A stretch of DNA of 54,332 bases from Chthonomonadales bacterium (lineage in GTDB: Bacteria > Armatimonadota > Chthonomonadetes > Chthonomonadales > CAJBBX01): the NCBI GenBank assembly GCA_046715155.1, contig JBKJZI010000236.1:1-54332 (forward strand), written 5' to 3'. Of this stretch, positions 1-9,358 are shown piece after piece (the first letter of the stretch is position 1; each line of letters starts with the position of its first letter). A model generated the notes under the pieces. It was not told the DNA's origin. It made no database searches and saw nothing but the letters and a program-made list of their open reading frames with translations. The translations under genes were made by a program, and so were the position numbers.

Positions 1-1211
1 CTGAATGCGCGCCGGAGCCGCTGGATTCCGAGCATACGCTGTTCATCCTCTATACCTCCGGCTCGACCGGCAAGCCGAAGGGAATCCAGCACACGACCGC
101 CGGATACCTGACCGGAGTCTACGCGACCACCAAGTGGGTTTTTGACCTGAAGGAAGACGACATCTACTGGTGTACGGCGGACATCGGCTGGGTCACCGGG
201 CACTCCTATATCGTCTATGGTCCGCTGGCGAATGGGGCGACTTGCGTGATGTACGAAGGCGCGCCGGATACGCCGGAGCGCGACCGGTTCTGGAAGATCA
301 TCGAGAAGCATAAGGTCACTATCTTCTACACGGCGCCGACGGCGATTCGGACCTTTATGAAGTGGGGCGACGAGTATCCGGGGCGGTGCGACCTGTCCTC
401 CCTCCGGCTGCTCGGTTCTGTTGGCGAGCCCATCAATCCGGAAGCCTGGATGTGGTACCAGGAGCACATCGGCTGGGGCCGCTGTCCCGTCGTGGATACC
501 TGGTGGCAGACGGAGACCGGGCACATTCTGATCACCCCACTCCCCGGAATCACCAGCACGAAGCCCGGTTCGGCGACCTTCCCCTTCCCTGGAATCGAGG
601 CGGACGTAGTGAACGACCGCGGCGAATCCGTGCCGCTCGGCGGGGGCGGTTACCTGGTCATCAAGAAGCCGTGGCCGGGAATGCTTCGCACGCTGTGGGG
701 AAATGACGAGCGTTACCGCGATGTCTACTGGAGCCGATTTCCGGGAGTGTACTTTCCTGGCGATGGGGCGAAGCGGGATGACGAGGGCTACTACTGGCTG
801 CTTGGCCGCGTGGACGACGTGATGCTGGTGGCCGGCCACAACATCAGCACCATGGAGGTGGAATCCGCGCTGGTGGAGCACCCGGCGGTCGCCGAGGCCG
901 CGGTCATAGGCAAGAAACACGACATCAAAGGCCAGTCCCCCTGCGCATTCGTCACCGTCCGCGAGGGATTCCAGACCGGCGATGCGTTGGCCGATGAGCT
1001 CAAGGCCTTCGTCGGCAAAAAGCTCGGCGCCGTGTGCCGCCCGGACGATATTCTCTTCACCGCAGACCTCCCCAAGACTCGCAGCGGCAAGATCATGCGC
1101 CGATTGCTGAGAGACATCGCCGAAGGCCGCGCCCTTGGGGATACAACGACGCTCGCCGACCCCGCCGTAGTATCCGGCCTCAAAGAAAAGTACGAATCTG
1201 AGGAAGGCTAA
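1..1211 (+). CDS. acs: acetyl-CoA synthetase (AMP-forming), last ~400 codons; the 5' end lies upstream of the window
   Basis: The frame is open from nt 3. The translation contains [24 protein letters not shown] (AMP-binding signature), WWQTETG and the C-terminal [14 protein letters not shown]. Stop TAA at 1209-1211. ORF-track entry 246..1211 is only the part after an internal Met. Confidence 0.93.
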   Translation, partial: ECAPEPLDSEHTLFILYTSGSTGKPKGIQHTTAGYLTGVYATTKWVFDLKEDDIYWCTADIGWVTGHSYIVYGPLANGATCVMYEGAPDTPERDRFWKIIEKHKVTIFYTAPTAIRTFMKWGDEYPGRCDLSSLRLLGSVGEPINPEAWMWYQEHIGWGRCPVVDTWWQTETGHILITPLPGITSTKPGSATFPFPGIEADVVNDRGESVPLGGGGYLVIKKPWPGMLRTLWGNDERYRDVYWSRFPGVYFPGDGAKRDDEGYYWLLGRVDDVMLVAGHNISTMEVESALVEHPAVAEAAVIGKKHDIKGQSPCAFVTVREGFQTGDALADELKAFVGKKLGAVCRPDDILFTADLPKTRSGKIMRRLLRDIAEGRALGDTTTLADPAVVSGLKEKYESEEG

Positions 1212-1217
1212 ACCGCA

Positions 1218-2711
1218 GTGTCCGAGCGACGACCACACGAAAACTGTTATTGGGTAGACGAAGCTTTGCTCGCTGGTGAATACCCGGGGGACAAGGATGC
1301 CGGTAAGGCGCGCGCAAAGATCGGAAGCATCCTGGACGATGGCGTCACTTGTTTTTTTGATCTCACCATGGAATGCGAGCTGGTACCGTACGAACAATCC
1401 CTTAATTCTGAATCCGCCAAGCGGGGTACAGTCACAGAATACCAGAGATTCCCGGTTCCCGATCTCGGGATTCCGACGGCTGACCAGATTACTGCGATCC
1501 TTGATGCAATTCAAGCGGCGGCAAGGATAGGGCGAAAATCATATATCCACTGTTGGGGTGGCGCCGGAAGGACCGGCGTCGTCGTTGGATGTCTCTTCGT
1601 GCGGCGCGGGATGTCTGGGACCGAAGCGCTCGAAACGGTATCACGACTCTGGTCCAGTGTAGAAAAAGCGTATCGAAGTCCTGCATCGCCTCAAACCGGC
1701 GGTCAAAGAAAGGCGGTTCTGGAATGGAGCGAGCCTTCTCGCCGGATGAATGCCGGAAAGGTTAATATTAATCGGCAAACCATAAGCCGATTCCGCGGTT
1801 GTCTACTCGGTCTAGCCGTCGGTGATGCAGTGGGAACGACTCTGGAGTTCAGAAGTCCGGGAACATTTGCGCCCATCAAGGACTTGGCAGGCGGAGGACC
1901 CTTTCGTTTGTCACCGGGCGAGTGGACTGACGATACGTCGATGGCGCTTTGCCTCGCTGCAAGCTTGATTGAATGTGACGGTTTCGACCTTAAAGATCAG
2001 ATCGAGCGATATGTGCGGTGGTGGAAATCGGGTTACCTTGCATCAAACGGGCGTTGTTTTGATATCGGAAACACCGTTCGTAGAGCACTGGAATCCTATA
2101 CACAGACGGGCAATCCTGAATCTGGACCAACAGACACGATGTCGGCTGGGAATGGGAGTATTATGCGGCTGGCTCCGGTAGCAATGGCCCACTTCTATGA
2201 TCCTGGTGAAGTCGCGAGTAAAAGTGAGCTTAGCTCGCGAACTACGCATGGGACTAAGACAGCCCTGGATGCGTGTCGTTTCTTTGGCGTCTTGCTGGCT
2301 GGTGCCTTGAACGGAGCGACCAAGGATGACCTCCTAGCGCCAGACTTCGAACGCGCTTCCAAGGTCTTCACCGAATCGCCGCTTCATCCGGAGATCATGA
2401 GGGTAGTGTCCGGCTCGTACAAGACGAAGAATCCGCCGGAGATTCGCGGAACCGGTTATGTCGTGCAGTCGCTGGAAGCGGCACTCTGGGCATTTTACAA
2501 TAGTACGTCTTTCGAGGAAGGCTGTTTGATGGCTGTGAATCTCGGTGATGACGCCGATACCACTGGCGCGGTGTACGGGCAGTTCGCCGGCGCCTATTAC
2601 GGGGAAGACAGTATTCCAATTAAGTGGCGAGAGAAGCTGGCCCATAGAATCGCCATCGAGCTTTTGGCCGAGCAAGTGTACGCGCTTGCTCGGCGAAACG
2701 GCGCTGGTTAG
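1218..2711 (+). CDS. fusion protein: N-terminal Cys-based (PTP/dual-specificity-like) phosphatase domain plus C-terminal ADP-ribosylglycohydrolase (ARH/DraG family) domain
   Basis: GTG start 6 nt after the acs stop. The N-domain has HCWGGAGRTG, an HCX5R(T) phosphatase P-loop. From about aa 190, FRGCLLGLAVGDAVGTTLEF, GEWTDDTSMALC, GNGSIMRLAPV and DADTTGAVYGQFAGAYYG are ARH-family blocks. Confidence 0.85.
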   Translation: MSERRPHENCYWVDEALLAGEYPGDKDAGKARAKIGSILDDGVTCFFDLTMECELVPYEQSLNSESAKRGTVTEYQRFPVPDLGIPTADQITAILDAIQAAARIGRKSYIHCWGGAGRTGVVVGCLFVRRGMSGTEALETVSRLWSSVEKAYRSPASPQTGGQRKAVLEWSEPSRRMNAGKVNINRQTISRFRGCLLGLAVGDAVGTTLEFRSPGTFAPIKDLAGGGPFRLSPGEWTDDTSMALCLAASLIECDGFDLKDQIERYVRWWKSGYLASNGRCFDIGNTVRRALESYTQTGNPESGPTDTMSAGNGSIMRLAPVAMAHFYDPGEVASKSELSSRTTHGTKTALDACRFFGVLLAGALNGATKDDLLAPDFERASKVFTESPLHPEIMRVVSGSYKTKNPPEIRGTGYVVQSLEAALWAFYNSTSFEEGCLMAVNLGDDADTTGAVYGQFAGAYYGEDSIPIKWREKLAHRIAIELLAEQVYALARRNGAG

Positions 2712-2786
2712 TGTAGACTCGATTGGGCGATGGCGGCGACAATCCGGAAAACTTGCATGTAGACCTGAAAGTAGGACGTTTAGAGA

Positions 2787-3035
2787 ATGGCGTTGGACAT
2801 AGACACCGCGAGAATACGACGCAAGCAGTCGAAATCCAAAGCGAAAAATCCCATGACCGCATGCCCGCCTCTTGATATGCTCGTTTTGCCAAAGAACGCG
2901 AAGGAGCCGCCTGATTTCGAGGCGCTGCTACAGTCTCTTCCTCGGTTTGATGCAGCGGAAGCGCAAAGCATGCGCAAAGCAATAGCGGACGAACGTGTGG
3001 AGAGGCGCCGGCATTCTCGCGAGACGGCCGATTGA
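2787..3035 (+). CDS. putative antitoxin partner of the downstream PIN toxin (fold not recognisable from sequence alone)
   Basis: An 82-aa ORF whose stop TGA (3033-3035) overlaps the TTG start (3032) of the PIN gene by 4 nt, the classic type II TA arrangement. The start is uncertain; an alternative ATG lies at 2853. Confidence 0.55.
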   Translation: MALDIDTARIRRKQSKSKAKNPMTACPPLDMLVLPKNAKEPPDFEALLQSLPRFDAAEAQSMRKAIADERVERRRHSRETAD

Positions 3036-3436
3036 ATCTGCGCGTCATCGACACAAACATTGCGAGCATTATGATGGACCTGAATCCATTGCTGGCTCGC
3101 TATCAGCCCTACCTGATCGGATTCCGACTCGTATTGAGTTTCCAGTCCATAGCGGAAATGCGGCTCGGTGCGCTCAACGCCCGATGGGGCAAGAAACGGC
3201 TTCAGAAATTGGAATCCTTCCTCAGCGGGTTTACAATTGCAGTCTATACCGAAGAGCTTGGGAGAGCCTGGGCACAAGTCATGAATGATGCCAGACGCGC
3301 GGGAAGGCGGTTGGAGGCGGGTGACGGTTGGATCGCGGCAACAGCGCTCGTTCTCGGCGTACCCCTTGTGTCGGATGATAGGGACTTCGATGACGGTGCA
3401 TGCCCTTCAATAATGGTGTTACGACCAATACCCTAG
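3032..3436 (+). CDS. vapC: PIN-domain ribonuclease toxin (VapC family)
   Basis: MNLRVIDTNI... gives the N-terminal acidic residue. SIAEM, GDGWIAATALVLGVPLVSDDRDF match the PIN acidic quartet layout. 134 aa, with a 4-nt overlap on the upstream small ORF. Confidence 0.8.
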   Translation: MNLRVIDTNIASIMMDLNPLLARYQPYLIGFRLVLSFQSIAEMRLGALNARWGKKRLQKLESFLSGFTIAVYTEELGRAWAQVMNDARRAGRRLEAGDGWIAATALVLGVPLVSDDRDFDDGACPSIMVLRPIP

Positions 3437-3497
3437 CGATTCTGTCAGGTGCAGGCATCACTGGATAGAGTTGTTTTTGAAATCGAGTAAGAACTCT

Positions 3498-3782
3498 ATG
3501 GACGATAGGGCGTTTGTACAGTACCGTGGGATGCGCGTCAATCGGGATTGGGTCGAGGAGATCAAAAGGGCGCAGGAGAAGGCGACCTATCTGATCAACG
3601 GCGATGTTTTCGAACGCGTGGCGTTCGGCGAAGAACGGCATCTAACCGAGCGACCGAAGAATCCGTGCCTTGGCTGCGCCGTCCGTCCCGGCGAGTATCA
3701 CGTTTCCGGCTGCGAATACGAGCGCTGCCCTGCCTGCGGCAAGGTGGCACTTGAATGCGACTGCCAATACTCGGATGAGTGA
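3498..3782 (+). CDS. hypothetical Cys-rich (probable zinc-ribbon) protein
   Basis: ORF 3471..3782; the first ATG is at 3498. The C-terminus CLGCAVRPGEYHVSGCEYERCPACGKVALECDC carries 8 Cys in CxxC-like pairs. No family recognised. Confidence 0.45.
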   Translation: MDDRAFVQYRGMRVNRDWVEEIKRAQEKATYLINGDVFERVAFGEERHLTERPKNPCLGCAVRPGEYHVSGCEYERCPACGKVALECDCQYSDE

Positions 3783-3815
3783 ACATCGGTCAAATCCGAC
3801 GGATCGGTAGGATCA

Positions 3816-6176
3816 CTAAGGGTTGACGTAGGCTACTTCGCCGGAATCGCCTACGGCGCGGCGGGCGGCGATGAGCTTGCCGGCGGGGGTGGCTATGAAG
3901 CGGGATTCGGTTGGGGTGAGACTATCCTGATGGCGGAATCCGCGGATGGCTTTTGGCGTGGTGCTCGCCGCATGGGCGAGGATCAGTTTTGGGTTGGAGG
4001 GGTGGGACTGTATGGAAAGTCCCCACAGCTCCGTACCTCGCGTAGTGAGCCCGGACTTTGTGTCAACGATGGCGGAATCCGAGTAGCGCAAGGGGAGCTT
4101 CGACGTCAGGGCCGCCGGAATCCGGAGGTTCTGCGGCTTGCCGATCAGGAATACGCTGGACGCGCTGAGGTCTCTGGTGGTAACGGAACGGTCTGATTGA
4201 GTGCGTATTCGGGCGGTTGGAACTACGGAGGCGACCCACGCCGCTGCGGATTTGACCGCGCTTACCTCTGAGGCGGACCCGCCGGTGGCGTAAACGACCA
4301 ATAGCAGTCCGACGGATGTGTGGAGACGCAGCAGATTAGGGCCCGGTGGGACCTCGGTGTCTGCGCGCAGGCTCTCACGCTGCGGGTCCAGCCAGACGGA
4401 ATTGGGCGGGTTGGTCGTCTCGATGCGGAAGGGCGCGGCGGAGCCTTTAACCTGGATGTGTACGCTTCGGGAGCCGCCCGTGCTCTGAACCACCAGTGGA
4501 AGGCTGATCCAGAACGGCGGGGCAGGCTGGCTTATGGCTCCGGTGATCACATACTTCCCGTTTTCTTTTGCTGCTTTGACGTCAACCAGGCGCAGTTTGG
4601 GTAAGTCTGAGCGGTTGAGCCAGGGCGGGAAGAAGGCAGCCCATTCTTCGCCGGCCTCCTCCGTGACGGCTTTGATGAAGTCCTGCCATTCGGCGTCCTC
4701 GCACTGGCGGTGATTCCGGATGAACCGCCGCATGCAGGCGAGCGTCTTCTCCTGGCCGAGCAGCCGCTCGAGATTCTCCAATACCACGCTGCCCTTGCCG
4801 TAGCCGATGATCGATTCCGTCATCTCCATCGCATCGTTGGCGGTAGCCAGGGTGGCGCTCTTGAGCATCGGAATCATCGCGCCCATGACCTTCGTGTTGA
4901 ATTCATGCAGCCCGGGTTTGCCGTTAACTCGCCCGTAGAGTCCGTCTGAATACTCGGCGAAAGACTCGTTCCAGAGCGTGCGGGTGTAGGTGTTCGGGAC
5001 GACCCCGCCCCACCAGGTGTGCGCGACTTCGTGGACAATGGCGAGCGGGACATAATTCGCGGCGCACAGCGTCCAGGAATAGCACTCCAGCGCGGCCGGG
5101 AAGACGTCTGTCTCAACCACGGCGTAACTCGAGTAGGGATAGGGGCTGAGATTCCGGGCAAACCATTCGATGGCGTCGCCCGCGGTCTGGATCGCGGATT
5201 CGGCGCGCTCCGCGTTTGGACGCAGGAGCCACGCGGAGACGTTGATTCCGCCGATCTTGCGCGTGGTGACGGTGTACTTTCCGGCGGCGATGGTGAAGTA
5301 ACTGACGGCCAGCTTGTTCGAGAACGAGTAGGTCGTTTCCGTTTCGCCGACGTTTTTGCCGAGCAGTTCTCCCTGGCCAATGGCTGACCAGCCGCGCGGG
5401 ACCGTGATTGCGACCTCGTGCGTGGCGGGCAGGCGTCCGGTGTGGGCGTACCAGTAGGCGGTTAGCCCTGCCTGATTGTCCTTAATGTAATCTTCCGGAC
5501 CTTCTCCGATCTTCGCTGTGAAAGCCAGGTCATAAACCGCATGGTCGCCTTCAGCCGGCTTTACCGCCAGGATTCCGCCCGCTTGCCGGAACTCGACCGG
5601 CGCTCCGTCGCGAGTTACGGCTGTGACATTGTAGATCGAGTTAAGGCGGAGGAAGGCGGCCGGCAGTCGGTCAGTCTTTTGCTCGACTTTTATGCGGTCC
5701 GTGATATGGACTCGGCGGTTAGGGAGATCGAAACGCACGGCCAGTTTGTGGTCGCGGATTCGGTACCCCGTAGTATCGGTCTCCGGAATCTCCCTCCCCA
5801 GCTTTGGGCCGGATTCCGTTTGCGAGATCGGATACAGATGGTCACCCGTCGATTCGCACGGGTGGTACTTGGTGACGTTGACGAAGGTGTTCCGGCCGGG
5901 CTCGGAAATCCAGGGGACCTCCAACCGCTTGACCTGCCAGGCCCGATCCGGGGCGACGAGGCTTTTGCCTTTAGTGGCCCACCGGAAGTCGTTCTCAACT
6001 CCGGACTGGGTCATCGCCTTTAAGGCACCGGCATCCTGCCGGTTCACGGCAAATGATAGTTTGGTTAAGAATGCCGGGTCGATTGCGGCGGCTCGCTGCG
6101 AACAGGCGGAAGCGCACGCCGCGACGAGGAGGCTCAGCGCAACTATTGGTTTGCCAAGGATAACGGGGAATCTCAT
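3816..6176 (-). CDS. M1-family zinc aminopeptidase-like lipoprotein
   Basis: Gluzincin signature IVHEVAHTWWGG...(18 aa)...WNESFAEY (HEXXH-X18-E). The N-terminus MRFPVILGKPIVALSLLVAACASAC looks like a lipoprotein signal peptide. 786 aa. Confidence 0.9.
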   Translation of the reverse strand: MRFPVILGKPIVALSLLVAACASACSQRAAAIDPAFLTKLSFAVNRQDAGALKAMTQSGVENDFRWATKGKSLVAPDRAWQVKRLEVPWISEPGRNTFVNVTKYHPCESTGDHLYPISQTESGPKLGREIPETDTTGYRIRDHKLAVRFDLPNRRVHITDRIKVEQKTDRLPAAFLRLNSIYNVTAVTRDGAPVEFRQAGGILAVKPAEGDHAVYDLAFTAKIGEGPEDYIKDNQAGLTAYWYAHTGRLPATHEVAITVPRGWSAIGQGELLGKNVGETETTYSFSNKLAVSYFTIAAGKYTVTTRKIGGINVSAWLLRPNAERAESAIQTAGDAIEWFARNLSPYPYSSYAVVETDVFPAALECYSWTLCAANYVPLAIVHEVAHTWWGGVVPNTYTRTLWNESFAEYSDGLYGRVNGKPGLHEFNTKVMGAMIPMLKSATLATANDAMEMTESIIGYGKGSVVLENLERLLGQEKTLACMRRFIRNHRQCEDAEWQDFIKAVTEEAGEEWAAFFPPWLNRSDLPKLRLVDVKAAKENGKYVITGAISQPAPPFWISLPLVVQSTGGSRSVHIQVKGSAAPFRIETTNPPNSVWLDPQRESLRADTEVPPGPNLLRLHTSVGLLLVVYATGGSASEVSAVKSAAAWVASVVPTARIRTQSDRSVTTRDLSASSVFLIGKPQNLRIPAALTSKLPLRYSDSAIVDTKSGLTTRGTELWGLSIQSHPSNPKLILAHAASTTPKAIRGFRHQDSLTPTESRFIATPAGKLIAARRAVGDSGEVAYVNP

Positions 6177-6284
6177 TATCGTCTCGCTTTCGACCGGGCT
6201 AGACTCAGTATGCCGCCCATCGATTACGAATACGAGAACGATTACGAATCCACGCCGAGACTCGAAGAAATCGGGACTTCTCCG

Positions 6285-6719
6285 TCAGTTCAACTTCTTT
6301 CCGCACGCAGGGCAGAACAGCCAGCCCGGCCTTCGATCACAGCGACAACTGCGGGCCGCGCGCCGTTCGAGAGGCGGATGGACCTTCTTTGCGTGATTGA
6401 AAACGTAATAGGTCCGGCCGAGCATGCGGTAGCCACCGCAGACCTTGTCCAGCACAATGCGCAGAGCCGTTGTTGGGTCCGTGCCTCGGATGCATACGGT
6501 GATCCGTCCTGCGAAGTCGGGGGCCAGCATGTACGGAGCGCCGCCGCATTGATTGAACAGCTCCTGAACAACTCGCCGAGCATCGGCTTCCTTCGCATCG
6601 ACCGATACCGCGCCGTATTGGCGGTCGTAGCGGACGAGGAGCGATTCCGCGCGGGCGGGGAGGGAAAGAACGGCCACACCCAGCACGACGGCCGGCAGCG
6701 AGAGACGGATGGATCGCAT
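6285..6719 (-). CDS. hypothetical exported protein with C-terminal zinc-ribbon
   Basis: ATG at 6719 is preceded by AAGGAGAG. It starts with signal peptide MRSIRLSLPAVVLGVAVLSLPARA and ends with CRCDRRPGWLFCPACGKKL. Preferred over the overlapping + strand ORF 6210..6725, which has no such features. Confidence 0.6.
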   Translation of the reverse strand: MRSIRLSLPAVVLGVAVLSLPARAESLLVRYDRQYGAVSVDAKEADARRVVQELFNQCGGAPYMLAPDFAGRITVCIRGTDPTTALRIVLDKVCGGYRMLGRTYYVFNHAKKVHPPLERRAARSCRCDRRPGWLFCPACGKKLN

Positions 6720-6919
6720 GGCTAACTCTCCTTTGGGGAAATGGTGTGATAGTCCTAACGCCCCCTCGGTCATTCCGTGACGCGCGGCCGAGCAGAGCGG
6801 AAGGGCGCTACCGCCGGGAACATGCGGTTCGGCCGCCGCGTCTTCCGAGAGTTGGAGTGCGGATAAGCGGACGCGTAGGGAAATATGCCGCCGCGCGAGG
6901 GCGGCGCTGGAGGTTCGGA

Positions 6920-7687
6920 ATGGGAATGGTTAAGGAATGCTGGGCGATGACTCGAGGTGTGGCGCTGGGCGCCGGGCTGATGTACCTCCTGGATCCCGTG
7001 GCCGGCCGGCGCAGGCGCGCCATGATTCGCGACAAAGCAGTCAGCACGCTCTATGACGCGGAAGACCTGCTGGAGGGGGGAGTGGAAGACCTGGCGAATC
7101 GCGCTCGAGGCGCGGCGGCGGAAGCCATAAGCGCAGTGCGTAAGGATCCTATCTCGGACCAGACGCTTCACGACCGCATTCGGGCGATGATGGGCCGGAT
7201 CGTCTCCCATCCACGTGCCATCGAAGTATGCGTCGATTGTGGGCGCGTTACTTTGAGCGGCGCGATCTTTTCGGACGAAGCGCCGAAGTTGATCTACGCG
7301 GTCTCGGGGATGCGCGGAGTCAATGGCGTCGAGAATCTGCTCGAGAAACACGGAGTGCCGACGGACCATCCCGCCCTTCAAGGACACGCCGCTTCAACCG
7401 GGCCACAGCCCGAATTCTTGCAGACTTATTGGACCGACGGTCCTCGACTGGTGGCGTGTCTCGCTGGATGCGCGCTCGTCTTGCGAGGAGCAAGAGCAGG
7501 CGGAGCGCTCGGTCTCACCGCCGCGCTTGGCGGAATCGCGTTGATGAGCGAAGCGGCCGAGCGCACTCCAAAAGCGGACCAGCCTAAACTGAGCAAACGC
7601 AGATCGCAGCCGGAGTCCGAGATTCGGCGCTACGATTTGCCGGCAATGGAGCAGGCGCCGGATTTAATGGAGGCGGACGCAGCGTAG
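6920..7687 (+). CDS. BON-domain (OsmY-like) membrane protein
   Basis: ATG 6920 lies 7 nt after GGAGG. An N-terminal hydrophobic helix is followed by LHDRIRAMMGRIVSHPRAIEVCVDCGRVTLSGAIFSDEAPKLIYAVSGMRGVNGVENLL, a BON-domain pattern. There is a C-terminal hydrophobic segment. Confidence 0.75.
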   Translation: MGMVKECWAMTRGVALGAGLMYLLDPVAGRRRRAMIRDKAVSTLYDAEDLLEGGVEDLANRARGAAAEAISAVRKDPISDQTLHDRIRAMMGRIVSHPRAIEVCVDCGRVTLSGAIFSDEAPKLIYAVSGMRGVNGVENLLEKHGVPTDHPALQGHAASTGPQPEFLQTYWTDGPRLVACLAGCALVLRGARAGGALGLTAALGGIALMSEAAERTPKADQPKLSKRRSQPESEIRRYDLPAMEQAPDLMEADAA

Positions 7688-7688
7688 G

Positions 7689-9215
7689 CTATTGAAGCGG
7701 CGCCGGCGCCGAGGCGCGCCAGCCGGCTTTGAGTTGGGCGCGAAGGCGTTCGACCAGGTCCTTGTTTTCAGGCCGCGCGGCGACGTTCTCATTCTCGACG
7801 GAATCCGCATGATGGTCGTAGAGTTCCACTCCTACCGATTCGCCTGCTGCTGAGGCCCATTCAGTGAAACGGTACCGCTCAGTGCGTATGGAGCGGCCCA
7901 TTACTCCGCTCGCTCGTGGGTACTGGCTGAAGGCGGCGCTTTTCCAGGCGCGGTTTGGATTCTCCATCAGCGGAACCAGGCTTGTACCCTCGATCCCATC
8001 CGGCACGGGCAGGCCGGCGAGCTGCGTCAGAGTCGGATAGACGTCTACGAACTCCACCAGGCGGTCGGTCTTAGCGCCCCGCGTTTTCTGACCGGGAGCG
8101 CTAACAATGAGCGGGGAGCGGGTGGCGACCTCGAAGTTGCTGTGCTTGCACCAGAGCCCGTGCTCTCCCAGGTGCCAGCCGTGGTCTCCCCACAGGACGA
8201 CAATGGTGTTTTCACGCTGGCCGTTCTTCTCCAGGGCGTCAAGGACCCGGCCGACCTGCGCATCCATGTAGCTGGCCGCAGCGTAATAGGCGCGAATCAA
8301 TTCGCGCGCTTTGTCCGTGGGGACCGGCCCCTCCCTGGGAATATCCGAGTACTGGCGCAGCTCACCGGAGTTGTGCAGGGCGGCCGGTGGGCAGTCCTTC
8401 GGCGCATGGTAGTTGTCGGGAAGCTTTATGGATTCCGGTGGGTAAAGATCGAAGTACTTCTTCGGCGCGATGAACGGCAGGTGGGGCTTGTGGAAGCCGA
8501 CTGCCAGGAAGAATGGCGATGTCTCCGCCTTGTACTCGGCCAGCAGATCGACGGCCCTATCGGCAATCTTTCCGTCGCCAAGCCCATTGTCCGCGGAATC
8601 CGCCGCTTCCCAGGACGTCCCTCGCACCGCGCGGCCGGGGCGGGCGACCTTTAGCGCCGCGCCGGTTTTCGGATCGCGCTCGAGGACCTGCTCGCTGCGC
8701 AGCCTGCCGCCCGCGGCCCGAATCCGCGCGCGCTCTTTCTGAATAGCCTCCCTTGTTGCCGGGTTGGTGTATTCCTGGCCGCGCGGATTCCAGGTTGGGG
8801 CGCTCCACGATAACGGGTCGTCCAGTCCGGGATGATAGATCTTGCCGAGGGACTGCGTGTGATAGCCGTTGTTCTTGAAGTGCTGCGGCAGCGTCACTAC
8901 GTCCGGCAGGTTCAGCCGCAGATGCGTTTCCAGGTCGTATACCTTCGTGGTATCGGGCCGCCGTCCTGATAATAGCGAGACTCGCGACGGGTTACAAACT
9001 GCCTGCTGGCAATAGGCGCGTGAAAACAGGATTCCGCCGGCGGCCAGCGCATCGATGTTCGGCGTCTTGATCATACCGCCATAGCACCCGAGCTGGGGCC
9101 GTAGGTCGTCCACGGCGATGAATAGGACATTCGGGCGCCGCGAAGGATTCTGGCCCGCGGCCGGAATTGCGAACATAAGTGAGGTAAGTAGAAAAACTGT
9201 GCGGATCCCAAGCAT
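7689..9215 (-). CDS. formylglycine-dependent sulfatase (arylsulfatase/iduronate-sulfatase-like), exported
   Basis: PNVLFIAVDDLRPQLGCYGG and CNPSRVSLLSGRRPD (C-x-P-x-R FGly motif), then GDHGWHLGEHGLWCKHSNFE. The ATG at 9215 gives signal peptide MLGIRTVFLLTSLMFAIPAAGQ. The ORF track extends further, to 9410. Confidence 0.9.
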   Translation of the reverse strand: MLGIRTVFLLTSLMFAIPAAGQNPSRRPNVLFIAVDDLRPQLGCYGGMIKTPNIDALAAGGILFSRAYCQQAVCNPSRVSLLSGRRPDTTKVYDLETHLRLNLPDVVTLPQHFKNNGYHTQSLGKIYHPGLDDPLSWSAPTWNPRGQEYTNPATREAIQKERARIRAAGGRLRSEQVLERDPKTGAALKVARPGRAVRGTSWEAADSADNGLGDGKIADRAVDLLAEYKAETSPFFLAVGFHKPHLPFIAPKKYFDLYPPESIKLPDNYHAPKDCPPAALHNSGELRQYSDIPREGPVPTDKARELIRAYYAAASYMDAQVGRVLDALEKNGQRENTIVVLWGDHGWHLGEHGLWCKHSNFEVATRSPLIVSAPGQKTRGAKTDRLVEFVDVYPTLTQLAGLPVPDGIEGTSLVPLMENPNRAWKSAAFSQYPRASGVMGRSIRTERYRFTEWASAAGESVGVELYDHHADSVENENVAARPENKDLVERLRAQLKAGWRASAPAPLQ

Positions 9216-9358
9216 CACGCGCCTCCGATCCACAATGTGGTCTCCTCCGAATTCTTCGTCAAAGCCGTCATCCCTCCCCGCCGGCAGGTTGTGTAACGCT
9301 GTACGGTGAATTGACGGTAGTGTTTGAGCGAACCGACCCCTACGATGGAGAATGCCTC

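Noticed and set aside
5692-6396. 234-aa plus-strand ORF overlapping the M1 peptidase 5' region
   Set aside because: It is antisense to a motif-supported gene and has an Arg/Ser-rich composition.
6210-6725. 171-aa plus-strand ORF overlapping the 6285..6719 minus-strand gene
   Set aside because: The minus-strand frame has AAGGAGAG, an ATG and a signal peptide. The plus-strand ORF has none of these and would run head-on from inside the neighbouring gene's promoter region.
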